Shown here: in pieces, positions 29,451-39,761 of the stretch
Layout: each line of letters begins with the position of its first letter
Position numbering within the stretch: the stretch's first letter is position 1
NCBI GenBank assembly: GCA_945875195.1
Contig: CAMCJW010000001.1
Coordinates: 1 to 60,534 of the forward strand
DNA length: 60,534 nucleotides
Direction of reading: 5' to 3'
Origin: Chitinophaga pinensis
GTDB lineage: Bacteria; Bacteroidota; Bacteroidia; UKL13-3
Made by a program: the position numbers and the translations under genes
The notes under the pieces: model-generated
Told to the model about the DNA's origin: nothing
Seen by the model: the letters and a program-made list of their open reading frames with translations, nothing else
Databases searched by the model: none

Positions 29451-30731
29451 TTATTTCAAAAACCTATCAAAAGTAGCTCGTTCCAGCATTTCTCTATCGT
29501 CTGGATGCGCAATACTAGTGAGCATTTCAGCCCTTTGTTCCATATTTTTACCATAAAGATTAACTGCGCCATACTCAGTAACTACCCAATGAATGTGTCC
29601 CCTAGTAGTTACCACCCCAGCCCCAGATTTTAATACAGGTGTTATTCTAGAAATACCTTTTCCTGTTCTAGCTGGTAAAGCAATAATTGGTTTTCCTCCT
29701 TCCGACAATGCAGCACCTCTAATAAAATCCATTTGCCCGCCAATTCCAGAATATTGATACATCCCAATTGAATCGGCACAAACCTGCCCAGTAATATCAA
29801 TTTCAATGGCACTATTAATTGCTGTTACTTTGGGATTCAAACTCAGAACACGAGGGTCGTTAACATAGCTTATATCTAAACATTTTACAATGGGATTATC
29901 ATCCACAAAATCATATAATCTTCTGGTGCCAATTAAAAACCCACTTACACAATAACCGTTTACAATTTTCTTTTTACTGTTATTTATCACGCCGCTTTTA
30001 ATTAAATCAATGGCACCATCCGAAAACATTTCAGAATGAAGGCCCAAATTTCGGTGAGAATGTAAGTTCTTCAACACATTATCAGGGATAGTTCCTATTC
30101 CCAATTGTAAGGTTGCACCATCTTCAACTAAAGCAGCAACATTTTTTCCAATTTGCGCACAAACCATATCTGAGTCATTGGAATAGCTCACCTCCGGCAG
30201 TTCATCATTTACCTCAACTGCATAATCAATTAGAGAGAAAGGAATAAATGCATCGCCATGGGTACGAGGCATATTTGGATTAATCTGGGCAATAATTATT
30301 TTGGCCGTAAAAGCCGCGGATTTAGCAACATCTACGGATGTACCAAGGCTTACATAACCATGTTTATCTGGCGGTGAAACATGTAAAAGGGCCACATCAA
30401 TTGGCAAAAATCCTTGGTTAAATAGCTTAGGAATTTCACTCAAAAAAACTGGTACATAATCTCCGCGATTTGAGTTTACTGCCTTGCGAACCGATTCGGA
30501 AACAAACAAAGAATTAATAAAAAAATGACCCTCTAAAGAAGGGTCGTTCAAATCAAAGCCAAGCGTGCTAATACTAACCAATTCTACATTTCTTAATTCC
30601 TCTTTTCTATCCATTAAAGCCTGCACAACAGTGATTGGGGTTGCAGCGCTTCCATGAACAAAAACCCTATGATGAGATTGTATATGACGCACAGCCTCTT
30701 GCGCACTTACATATTTAGTTTCCTTTTTCAT
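29451..30731 (-). CDS. Acetyl-CoA hydrolase/transferase family protein (4-hydroxybutyrate CoA-transferase-like)
   Basis: 426 aa with HGSAATP, SEMFSDG and GIGGQMDF blocks typical of the family. Confidence 0.8.
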   Translation of the reverse strand: MKKETKYVSAQEAVRHIQSHHRVFVHGSAATPITVVQALMDRKEELRNVELVSISTLGFDLNDPSLEGHFFINSLFVSESVRKAVNSNRGDYVPVFLSEIPKLFNQGFLPIDVALLHVSPPDKHGYVSLGTSVDVAKSAAFTAKIIIAQINPNMPRTHGDAFIPFSLIDYAVEVNDELPEVSYSNDSDMVCAQIGKNVAALVEDGATLQLGIGTIPDNVLKNLHSHRNLGLHSEMFSDGAIDLIKSGVINNSKKKIVNGYCVSGFLIGTRRLYDFVDDNPIVKCLDISYVNDPRVLSLNPKVTAINSAIEIDITGQVCADSIGMYQYSGIGGQMDFIRGAALSEGGKPIIALPARTGKGISRITPVLKSGAGVVTTRGHIHWVVTEYGAVNLYGKNMEQRAEMLTSIAHPDDREMLERATFDRFLK

Positions 30732-30860
30732 GGCCCAAAGATAGGACCCTAACTGATTCCACCATTTAAAAAAACCATGATTTTTATCTTAGTTGGCGCA
30801 AAACATTTATGGATTTTTGTGCTGGCAATTCTTAAATTCGAATTAGCGCACAAACGAAAG

Positions 30861-31316
30861 CTACTTTTGTGACTTGAGCTTCCTTAATAACTCGCGCTTA
30901 AACTCTTGCTCAGCCAGGTAAAGTTTCACTACTTTTTTTGTTGGAAGCACTTTCTTAAACTCTTGATTGTACTTTTTAAACAATTCAACTTCGGAGGTTT
31001 TGTAAGCTATCATATCATTTAATGCTTTATTTGCTTCTGCATCGGTCATAAGGTCAACATCTTTAACTTCCTCCATCATTTTACCTCTAAAATCTTTGCG
31101 ACTTTTTTCCATTTCTTCTGCAAATCGATTGTAAACAGGCCAAAATTTTTGCGCCTCTTCAGATGTTAAATCAAGTTGTTGAGTAATAAAACCAACTTTC
31201 ATGGCTTCAATTTTTTCTCTGCGAGGAGCACCTCCCTTTTGAGCAGATACTATACCTACACATCCCATTGCCAATAGGCAAATTATCACTAGTTGCTTTT
31301 TCATTTCAATACTCAT
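30861..31316 (-). CDS. Periplasmic Spy/CpxP-like (LTXXQ-motif) protein
   Basis: Signal peptide (..IVSA|Q) and LDLTSEEAQKFWPVYNRF; helical, Lys/Glu-rich. Confidence 0.6.
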   Translation of the reverse strand: MSIEMKKQLVIICLLAMGCVGIVSAQKGGAPRREKIEAMKVGFITQQLDLTSEEAQKFWPVYNRFAEEMEKSRKDFRGKMMEEVKDVDLMTDAEANKALNDMIAYKTSEVELFKKYNQEFKKVLPTKKVVKLYLAEQEFKRELLRKLKSQK

Positions 31317-31858
31317 TATAACTCTTCAATAATTAATGCTTCCTCACTATTCATTAACAAATCCTCTTCTAATTCATTGGATTTATTACCTAACTTTTCT
31401 AACTCAACACACCAACCTGCATCGCACAAAAACGCCTCATTTAAATCTCCAATACTTAGTTGTTCTGCAATTTCATCCTCACTAATTTCTCCATTCAAAG
31501 TGATGCCTACTTGTTTATTTGTTTCACCAAAAAACAACACAGAAACCAACAAGGCCGATGCTGCAATTCCTGTGAGCCAGTATACTTTTGCTTGCCTAAA
31601 AATAGGAATCTTTTTAGCCTCTGAACCGATTGTTTTTTGCAAAATATTTTGGTTCAAGCTTTCAAAATAATCGGCTGGTACCTCAAAAGTGCTTTTACCT
31701 GCTACTCCCTTTGTTTCGGTTTGATCCAAATCTTTAGCCACCTGAACTTCTAATCGTTCAAAATAGCCAGCAGGCGCCTCAAAACCTCCAGAAACTGGAA
31801 GATTTTTTAAGAACGATTCGCTATTGTTGATTTCTTGATTCATGGTATTTAGACACAA
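31316..31858 (-). CDS. Putative anti-sigma factor (single-pass membrane protein)
   Basis: Located 7 nt after the ECF sigma gene and overlapping the next gene by 1 nt. One TM helix (WLTGIAASALLVSVLFF). Assignment is by position only. Confidence 0.45.
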   Translation of the reverse strand: MCLNTMNQEINNSESFLKNLPVSGGFEAPAGYFERLEVQVAKDLDQTETKGVAGKSTFEVPADYFESLNQNILQKTIGSEAKKIPIFRQAKVYWLTGIAASALLVSVLFFGETNKQVGITLNGEISEDEIAEQLSIGDLNEAFLCDAGWCVELEKLGNKSNELEEDLLMNSEEALIIEEL

Positions 31859-31865
31859 TTTTTAT

Positions 31866-32426
31866 TTAATGGTTTAAACTCTTTTTTACGATTTCTTCAA
31901 TTTTCTTAACAGCAATATGATAAGAAGCTTTTAATCCACCAACACTGGTTCCAAGAATAGCTTCAATTTCCTCATACTTCATTTGCTCATAATATTTCAT
32001 ATTAAAAACCAAACGTTGCTTCTCTGGTAGGCTCAAAACTGCTTGCTGTAATAGCAACTCCAATTTATTCCCATTAAAATAAGTATCTGAAACCAGTTGC
32101 TCTCCAAGCTGTTCTTGCAAACTTTCTATACTGATGTTTAAGCTGGCCTTTTTCTTTTGCAAAAACGCCAAAGCTTCGTTGGTGGCAATTCGGTACAACC
32201 AAGTATATAATTGACTGCTTTCCCTAAAATCATCTAGCTTTTCCCAAACTTTAATAAAGGTGTTTTGAACCACATCGTCTGCATCATCATGATTAATAAC
32301 AATCCTTCTCACTTGCCAATAAACTTTTCTGCTATAACGAGACAGCAACAACTTGTAAGCGGCCTGCTTGGTGGCTGGCACTTTAAACTGCATAATCAAC
32401 TCCTTATCGCTTAGTTCATTGCTCAT
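31866..32426 (-). CDS. ECF-type RNA polymerase sigma-70 factor
   Basis: Region 2 (DADDVVQNTFIKVWEKLDDF) and region 4 (LPEKQRLVFNMKYYEQMKYEEIEAILG). ATG at 32426 preferred. Confidence 0.85.
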   Translation of the reverse strand: MSNELSDKELIMQFKVPATKQAAYKLLLSRYSRKVYWQVRRIVINHDDADDVVQNTFIKVWEKLDDFRESSQLYTWLYRIATNEALAFLQKKKASLNISIESLQEQLGEQLVSDTYFNGNKLELLLQQAVLSLPEKQRLVFNMKYYEQMKYEEIEAILGTSVGGLKASYHIAVKKIEEIVKKSLNH

Positions 32427-32612
32427 TTTAAACACTATAACTATAGGATACAAATTAAAGGAAATGGTTTAATGTTGGTGTAAAATAATTGTTTCATCGA
32501 GGTTAAAGTGAATTTCACCTACTTATTTAAAACATTCATCCATAATTCTTTTAATGGATATGTAACTTTTTGCATTTTTGTTTCGTTACACAACTATAAA
32601 AACCAAAAACCT

Positions 32613-32792
32613 ATGAAATCAATGAATCTATTTATCTTAAACATATTATTAATTGGAGGATTAACAATTCCTACCTGCAACAAGGCTAAAGCTGCAGAAA
32701 ACCTCGATAAAATAGCTTCTCCAAAAATTAATGCCACCAACATCATTACCGCATTGCCAATTAATCATCATTTCAAAATTTACCCTCATTAA
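32613..32792 (+). CDS. Small secreted or membrane peptide, hypothetical
   Basis: Internal ATG of track ORF 32508-32792 gives MKSMNLFILNILLIGGLTIPTC... No homology recognised. Confidence 0.2.
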   Translation: MKSMNLFILNILLIGGLTIPTCNKAKAAENLDKIASPKINATNIITALPINHHFKIYPH

Positions 32793-32894
32793 GCATTTAT
32801 TCCTTTAATTCTGCCATAACTTTTAAATCCTATAAAGTCTCCAACAGCATTTGTTTTAGAGCTAGACTTCACATTTTTTAGTATAATTGTGGAG

Positions 32895-34019
32895 ATGAAA
32901 AGGAAAGCAATGCAACTTTTATTTTTGGTATTGGGAGTTTGTTACCAATTAAAAGCTCAGCTGCCCAACGAGGTAATTACAGATAAAATAAGCATAAATT
33001 CCACTGATTCTGGCATTTTTGGTTTTAGTTTAATGAATACCAATTATATGCGAAATACCGAGTATTTTAGTCCTATTGAAGAAGGAAGAACATTATTTGG
33101 GTATCAATTACAACCAAAATTTACCTACCAACCAGCACCCAATGTAAAAATAGAAGCAGGCACTTTGATTCGCCACGATTTTGGCGGAAACAACCCATTT
33201 ACAGAGGTTTTGCCAACTTTCTCCATTAAAGCAAAAAAAAACAACATGGAAATGATTTTTGGCACCTTGGAAGGCGCTTTAAGTCATGGTATTTTAGAAC
33301 CCATGTTGGATATAAATAGTGTAATCAACAATAGAATTGAAAATGGCTTTCAGTTTAAGGTAGAATCACAAAAAAGATTTTTAGACATTTGGATCAATTG
33401 GGAAAATTTTATACAACCAAACGAATTCGACAAAGAAAGATTCACCGCCGGAATTCACAGCAAACGGACATGGAAAATAGCAGAAAAAAGTAGTTTAACC
33501 CCCTATTTTCAACTAATGGCATCGCACCAGGGAGGCCAAATAGATACTGATACAATTGACCCCTTTATGATGCAATTTAATGCTGCATTTGGCCTTAAAG
33601 TTTCCAAACAATTAAATGACCGTAAAAGTGTTTATGCAGATATAGCTTACTTACTTTATAATGAAACCAGTGATAGTAAAATATACCCTCAAAAAACAGG
33701 CAATGGTTTTATGGCGAATGCCGGGGTAAAGCAAGGTGCTACTGATTTTATTTTTAGTTATTGGAATGGAACTGATTTTATTGCACCAAGAGGAACAAAC
33801 TTTTACCAAAGCAAAGGAAATGTTGATGCAAGTTATTACGAAAAAAACAGACAACTCTTATTTTTTAGGATCATCCATAACAAGGCTTTATTTAAATCAC
33901 CCATAACAGCTTCGGCTAGGTTTGAACCAGTTTATGATTTAAACAATGAGATTCTTGATTTTAGTTATTCCTTGTATTTAGTTTATAGAGGAGATTTTAA
34001 GTTTCACAAGAAACACTAA
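32895..34019 (+). CDS. Outer-membrane beta-barrel-like protein, hypothetical
   Basis: Signal peptide ending KA|Q and alternating aromatic/hydrophilic pattern. No family recognised. Confidence 0.45.
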   Translation: MKRKAMQLLFLVLGVCYQLKAQLPNEVITDKISINSTDSGIFGFSLMNTNYMRNTEYFSPIEEGRTLFGYQLQPKFTYQPAPNVKIEAGTLIRHDFGGNNPFTEVLPTFSIKAKKNNMEMIFGTLEGALSHGILEPMLDINSVINNRIENGFQFKVESQKRFLDIWINWENFIQPNEFDKERFTAGIHSKRTWKIAEKSSLTPYFQLMASHQGGQIDTDTIDPFMMQFNAAFGLKVSKQLNDRKSVYADIAYLLYNETSDSKIYPQKTGNGFMANAGVKQGATDFIFSYWNGTDFIAPRGTNFYQSKGNVDASYYEKNRQLLFFRIIHNKALFKSPITASARFEPVYDLNNEILDFSYSLYLVYRGDFKFHKKH

Positions 34020-34020
34020 A

Positions 34021-35514
34021 TCAGGCTTCCCTTTCAATTATTATTTCTGAAACAATCTTGCCAGAGCTCAGGCACAAAGGAATGCCGCCTCCAGGGTGAA
34101 CACTTCCGCCACAGAAATACAAACCCTTTATTTTACTAGAAAAATTAGCATGTCTTAAAAAAGCCGCATACCTATTGTTACTTGCATTTCCATACAATGA
34201 CCCTCCAAAACTAGATGTTTTACTTTCTATTAACCTAGGATCTAAAACCGATTCGCTTTCAATTAATGGTTCAATTGGCTGCTTCAATAATCTACTCAAC
34301 TTAGCCAAAATATTAACTCTTGCCCTTGCAATGTAATCGTCCCAATCTTGGCCGGTATTGGCTGGAGCATTTATCATTACAAACCAATTTTCGCAATTTA
34401 GAGGAGCATCTGAGGGCAAATATTTGCTGCTAATATTTACATAAACAGTAGGATCGTTATAAAGCTCTTTTCTTTTAAAAATATAATTGAACTCTTCTTC
34501 ATAATTTGAACTGAAGAAAATGTTGTGCAAATCCATTTCACTAAATTCTTTTTTAATTCCCCAATAAAAAATTATTGCCGAAGACGATTTCTCTTGGGCC
34601 AAGAGCTTTTCTGGGGCGGTTTGATCAGAAAGTAGCTTGCGATAAGTAGGATGAACATCCATATTGGAAACAACCAAATCAGCTAATATAATTTGTTCAC
34701 CTACAACAATTCCTTTTACGCTTCCACTATCCACTTTAATGGCATTAACCTTTTTATTAAAATGAAAATTTACACCCAATTTTTCAGCTGCAGCCATCAA
34801 AGAATTAGTAATTTGAATCATTCCATGCTTAGGAAAAAAGGTACCAATACCGTGTTCTAAATGCGGAATCATATTCAAAATTGCTGGAGCTTCAAATGGA
34901 TTAGAGCCATTATAGGTGGCAAATCGATTAAAAAATTGAACCAAATGCGGGTTTTTTAAATCGCGCTCATTTTGTTGATTCATGGTCTCAAACAAATTCA
35001 GTGAAGGTAACGCCAATATTCCTTTAAGGGCTTTTTTACTAAAATAAGTCTTCTTTAAGTGTAAACTTGATTCTAAAAAAAGTGGAGCCGTTGATTCATA
35101 TTTTTTTTGGGCAATGCTTAAATAATTAAATACCATTTGAGGGTCGACTCCAAGTTTCATTTGTAGCTCCTCTGCAAATAGCTTCTGATCGTGATAGGCA
35201 ACCAACCTAAGTCCATCTTCGTAAAAATAATGACAACCTTTTTCTATTTTTATTACCTGAAAATCCTGCGCAGGTATTTTTGCCAACGACAATAATTCTT
35301 GAACCAAGTGAGGTAAGGTAAACAGTGAAGGGCCTGCATCGAAACGATAATTACCTTGCGCAAAATCACTTAGTTTGCCACCAGGATATTCATTGGATTC
35401 AAAAATATCAACTGCAAAACCAGCATGCGCTAAACGAATGGCTGTAGCTAAACCTCCTACTCCAGCTCCTATAATGATTGCGTTCTTTTTCAAATTCTCT
35501 AGTATTTTGCACAA
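34021..35514 (-). CDS. Phytoene-desaturase-family carotenoid desaturase, CrtD-like
   Basis: IIGAGVGGLATAIRLA FAD fold, FNRFATYNGSNPFEAPA block, C-terminal GGSVHPGGGIP. Confidence 0.7.
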   Translation of the reverse strand: MCKILENLKKNAIIIGAGVGGLATAIRLAHAGFAVDIFESNEYPGGKLSDFAQGNYRFDAGPSLFTLPHLVQELLSLAKIPAQDFQVIKIEKGCHYFYEDGLRLVAYHDQKLFAEELQMKLGVDPQMVFNYLSIAQKKYESTAPLFLESSLHLKKTYFSKKALKGILALPSLNLFETMNQQNERDLKNPHLVQFFNRFATYNGSNPFEAPAILNMIPHLEHGIGTFFPKHGMIQITNSLMAAAEKLGVNFHFNKKVNAIKVDSGSVKGIVVGEQIILADLVVSNMDVHPTYRKLLSDQTAPEKLLAQEKSSSAIIFYWGIKKEFSEMDLHNIFFSSNYEEEFNYIFKRKELYNDPTVYVNISSKYLPSDAPLNCENWFVMINAPANTGQDWDDYIARARVNILAKLSRLLKQPIEPLIESESVLDPRLIESKTSSFGGSLYGNASNNRYAAFLRHANFSSKIKGLYFCGGSVHPGGGIPLCLSSGKIVSEIIIEREA

Positions 35515-35702
35515 GTTTTCATTTAGTGACTTTAAATGTAATACTTTTGCTTTGTTTAATATTTGCCTTAATACCTTTCTTTAAAGCAAATATAGGCTCA
35601 ACATATAATTAAATATCACCAATTGTTATCTGGGCAAAAAAAACAAATCTCAATATTGTTTTGTTATAGATAACTTCAATTATTAAATTTAAATTAATCA
35701 AA

Positions 35703-38138
35703 ATGCTAAGAAACTTTTTTTTGATTCTAACTCTTCTACTTTTTTCTTTTGGTAAAGCCTTTGCACAAAACACCTGCGAAATCATTGGATTGGTTCAGGA
35801 TAAAAATTCTCAAGAAGCTTTAATAGGCGCAACTGTATTTTTAGAAGGAACAACGATTGGTGCTAGCACAAATGCAGAGGGCAGGTTTATTATCAAAAAT
35901 ATTCCTCCAAAATCCTATAATATCAAATTTCAGTATGTGGGTTATGTGAGCAAAACCATTTTCAATGTTGTTATAAACACAGGTAATATACAATCTTTTA
36001 ATGTTGATTTGGAACCAGAATCCAAAAGTTTAAACGAGGTGGTGGTGCAAGGACGCACCTTTGGTAAAAACACAGAAACACCCTTGTCCATTCAAAGCCT
36101 TACAGCAGAAGAAATAAAAAGTAATCCTGGGGGTAATTTCGATATCTCCAAAGTAATTCAAGCATTACCTGGTGTGGGCGGCAATACGGGAGGAGCTAGC
36201 TTTAGAAACGATATTGTTATTAGAGGTGGTGGGCCAAATGAAAACGTTTTTTATATTGATGGAATTGAAATTCCTGTGATCAATCACTTCTCCACGCAAG
36301 GAAGTTCTGGTGGGCCACAAGGAATGTTGAATGTAAGTTTTATTCAAGATGTAACGCTTGCCTCAAGCAGCTTTAACGCAAAGGTTGATAACGCGTTGTC
36401 ATCGGTATTTACGTTTAAACAAAAAGATGGAAATACCCAAAAACTACAAGGCAACTTTAGGTTAAGTGCCTCAGAGGTTGCTTTAACTCTGGATGGACCA
36501 ATAAGTAAAAATACTACCTTTTTAGCCTCGGCAAGAAAGAGCTATTTACAATTTTTATTCGCGGCAATAGATTTGCCAATCCGGCCAAATTTTTGGGATT
36601 TTCAATATAAAACAACCACTAAAATTAATGATAAAACGACCCTTACAACTTTGGGCGTAGGAGCAATTGATGTGTTTAGTTTTTCTGTTCCGAAAGAATC
36701 TACCCCAGAAAAAGAATATGCCATAAGAAGTAGTCCTAATGTTAATCAGTGGAATTATACAATTGGTGCAGTTGTTAAACGTAGGCTTCGCAATGGCTAT
36801 GTTAATTATTCTACCAGCAGAAACATGTTCAATAATAACCTAGATAGGTGGGAAGACGGGCGTGAAAACGATGAAATTTACCGTGCACTCAAGATTAGGT
36901 CTCAAGAAATTGAAAACAAATTTAGGGTTGATGTGAATCGCTATTCTGGAAAATGGAAATACACCTATGGAGGCATGTTTCAATATGTTAAATACAATAA
37001 CCAAACTTACAATAAAATAAACAATGGCGTTTATGATACTGCTGGAGTTCAAATTGCACCGCCTTTGGTTATCAACTTTAATACTGCCATTGAGTTTTTT
37101 AAAGGTGGGTTGTTTGGCGATGTTTCTAGAAGAATGTTAAACGATAGGTTGAATATCAACTTTGGATTAAGAACTGATTTGAACTCATTTACCAACGAAG
37201 GCTTGAACCCATTCAAAACTATATCTCCTAGAATTTCGGGAAGCTACGCTTTAACAGAAAAATTGTCGCTAAATGCAACAGTTGGACGCTACTTTAAAAC
37301 TCCTATTTATACTGTTTTAGGCTTTAAAGATAACGCAGGAAACTTTGTAAATAAAGACAACAAATATATTTCATGTAATCATTTTGTAACTGGCATAGAA
37401 TACCTGCCAACTGCTAGCTCACGAATTACAGTTGAAACTTTTTACAAGCAATACAATAACTACCCCATATCTGCTTATAATGGAATTTCATTGGCAAATA
37501 TGGGTGCTGATTTCAATATTTTAGGTAATGAGAAAACAAGCTCTAGTGGCAAAGGAAGGGCTTATGGTTTTGAAGTTTTCTTTCAACAAAAACTGAGTAA
37601 AAATATTTTTGCTACTATATCTTATACTTGGTTTGTAAGTGAATTTAGCGGCTCTGACAATATACTTAAACCCTCTGCTTGGGACAACAGAAATCTTATT
37701 TCAACCATATTGGGTTACAAGTTTAAAAAAGGTTGGGAAATTGGTGTCAAATATCGTTTTGCAGGTGGATCTCCTTATACGCCGTTTGACTTAGAGGCCT
37801 CTCAAGCCAATTATCTGAGCACGGGAAATGGGGTATTTGATTACAAGCAACTAAACACCCTAAGAGTTGGACCATTCCAACAATTAGATTTGCGCATTGA
37901 TAAGAAAATGAATTTTAAGCACACAACATTAGACCTATTTATTGATATTCAAAATGCACTGCTTATTGCTTCAGAATCTTTTCCTTCCTACACCTTTCAA
38001 AGAACAGCAGATAATACCAACTGGCAATCAACTGATGGCAAAGCTGTGCAAACTAATGGTACAAATGCCATACCTGTGATTTTAAATAATGCCAGCAATA
38101 CCGTTATTCCTACTTTTGGACTGATAATAGAATTCTAA
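35703..38138 (+). CDS. TonB-dependent receptor with N-terminal carboxypeptidase-regulatory-like domain
   Basis: Signal AFA|Q, GLVQDKNSQEALIGATVFLEG domain, plug region (PLSIQSLTAEEIK..IQALPGV), and C-terminal aromatic residue (..LIIEF). Confidence 0.85.
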   Translation: MLRNFFLILTLLLFSFGKAFAQNTCEIIGLVQDKNSQEALIGATVFLEGTTIGASTNAEGRFIIKNIPPKSYNIKFQYVGYVSKTIFNVVINTGNIQSFNVDLEPESKSLNEVVVQGRTFGKNTETPLSIQSLTAEEIKSNPGGNFDISKVIQALPGVGGNTGGASFRNDIVIRGGGPNENVFYIDGIEIPVINHFSTQGSSGGPQGMLNVSFIQDVTLASSSFNAKVDNALSSVFTFKQKDGNTQKLQGNFRLSASEVALTLDGPISKNTTFLASARKSYLQFLFAAIDLPIRPNFWDFQYKTTTKINDKTTLTTLGVGAIDVFSFSVPKESTPEKEYAIRSSPNVNQWNYTIGAVVKRRLRNGYVNYSTSRNMFNNNLDRWEDGRENDEIYRALKIRSQEIENKFRVDVNRYSGKWKYTYGGMFQYVKYNNQTYNKINNGVYDTAGVQIAPPLVINFNTAIEFFKGGLFGDVSRRMLNDRLNINFGLRTDLNSFTNEGLNPFKTISPRISGSYALTEKLSLNATVGRYFKTPIYTVLGFKDNAGNFVNKDNKYISCNHFVTGIEYLPTASSRITVETFYKQYNNYPISAYNGISLANMGADFNILGNEKTSSSGKGRAYGFEVFFQQKLSKNIFATISYTWFVSEFSGSDNILKPSAWDNRNLISTILGYKFKKGWEIGVKYRFAGGSPYTPFDLEASQANYLSTGNGVFDYKQLNTLRVGPFQQLDLRIDKKMNFKHTTLDLFIDIQNALLIASESFPSYTFQRTADNTNWQSTDGKAVQTNGTNAIPVILNNASNTVIPTFGLIIEF

Positions 38139-38164
38139 ACAATTAACAATAGATTTGGATACAA

Positions 38165-39649
38165 ATGGGAAGAAAGAAAGCAATAGTAATTGGGTCTGGT
38201 GTGGCAGGATTATCTGCAGCAAGTTACCTTGCCAAAGAAGGTTATTCGGTGACCATTCTTGAGAAAAATGAGCAAACTGGTGGAAGGGCAAGAAAATTTA
38301 GTGCCCAAGGATTTACCTTTGATATGGGCCCAAGTTGGTATTGGATGCCCGATGTGTTTGAAAAATATTACCAGGATTTTGGCTATACCACCTCAGATTT
38401 TTACGAATTAATTCGCTTAAGTCCTAGTTACCGGGTTATTTCCAAAAGTGGGGAAGCAATTGATATTCCTGCAAACATGGATGAACTTGAGGCCTTGTTT
38501 GAAAAATTTGAGCCTGGCTCAGCAACCAGATTACGTGGGTTTTTAAGTGAGGCAAAATACAAATATGAAGTAGGAATAAACGACCTTGTTTATAAACCTA
38601 GTTTAAGCCTACTTGAATTTGCTGATGTTCGTTTGCTTAAAGGTCTGCTAAAAATGGATGTTTTGAGTAATATGCGCAAGCACATTGCTAGTATTGTAAG
38701 TAACCCCTTTTTACAAGAACTTCTTGAGTTTCCGGTACTGTTTTTGGGCGCATTACCACAAAACACACCTGCATTATATAGCTTAATGAATTACGCAGAC
38801 ATGCAGCTAGGTACTTGGTATCCTCAGGGCGGCATGCATCTTTTTATACAGGCTTTTCAAACAATTGCTGAAAAATTAGGGGTTACTATATTGTTGAACC
38901 AAGAGGTTATTTCGGTTGATACGAAACAAGGGAGTATAATTGCTGTTAATACTACAGATCAAACTTATTTGGCTGATGTGGTTATCAATGCCAGTGATTA
39001 CCACCACATGGATCAGGTGATACTAAGTCCTGAAAATCGCAGCTATTCGCCATCCTATTGGGCGAAAAGAAAGATGGCTCCTTCTTGTTTATTGTATTAT
39101 GTTGGGGTTAACAAAAAAATAACAAATCTATTACACCATAACCTATTTTTTGATACCGACTTCAACTTACATTCTAAAGAAATTTACACCACCCCAAGCT
39201 GGCCAACAAAACCACTATTTTATGCTTCAGCTCCAAGCAAAACAGATCCTTCTGTAGCGCCAGATGGTTGTGAAAACTTGTTTCTTTTAATTCCTATTGC
39301 ACCCGGATTAGAAGGCGACAATGAGAAGTTACGAGACAAATATTTTGAACTAATTATTAAAAGGTTGGAGCAGCAAACTGGAGAATCTATTTTGCCTTTT
39401 GTAATCTATAAACGCAGTTATAGTGTGAATGATTTTAAGGAAGATTACCATGCCTTTAAAGGAAATGCCTATGGATTGGCTAATACCTTGGATCAAACCG
39501 CTATATTAAAGCCTAGCTTAAAAAGCAAAAAACTTAAAAATTTATTTTATGCAGGTCAATTAACGGTACCCGGACCTGGTGTTCCACCCAGCATAATTAG
39601 TGGAAAGGTTGCAGCCATGCAAGTGGTCAAAGAATTTGGTAACGGTTAA
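38165..39649 (+). CDS. crtI: Phytoene desaturase
   Basis: IVIGSGVAGLSAASYLAKEG..GGRARKFSAQGFTFDMGPSW and GTWYPQGGM blocks, collinear with Pantoea-type CrtI. Confidence 0.85.
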   Translation: MGRKKAIVIGSGVAGLSAASYLAKEGYSVTILEKNEQTGGRARKFSAQGFTFDMGPSWYWMPDVFEKYYQDFGYTTSDFYELIRLSPSYRVISKSGEAIDIPANMDELEALFEKFEPGSATRLRGFLSEAKYKYEVGINDLVYKPSLSLLEFADVRLLKGLLKMDVLSNMRKHIASIVSNPFLQELLEFPVLFLGALPQNTPALYSLMNYADMQLGTWYPQGGMHLFIQAFQTIAEKLGVTILLNQEVISVDTKQGSIIAVNTTDQTYLADVVINASDYHHMDQVILSPENRSYSPSYWAKRKMAPSCLLYYVGVNKKITNLLHHNLFFDTDFNLHSKEIYTTPSWPTKPLFYASAPSKTDPSVAPDGCENLFLLIPIAPGLEGDNEKLRDKYFELIIKRLEQQTGESILPFVIYKRSYSVNDFKEDYHAFKGNAYGLANTLDQTAILKPSLKSKKLKNLFYAGQLTVPGPGVPPSIISGKVAAMQVVKEFGNG

Positions 39650-39761
39650 TTCATTTGTTTCTAAAAATAAATTTTTCTATTTTTGATTGAATTAAAAACA
39701 AATTAGCGCTTTCTCACATTATACCTATACAATTAATATTTTTAGCTATCTTTACCTTTCA

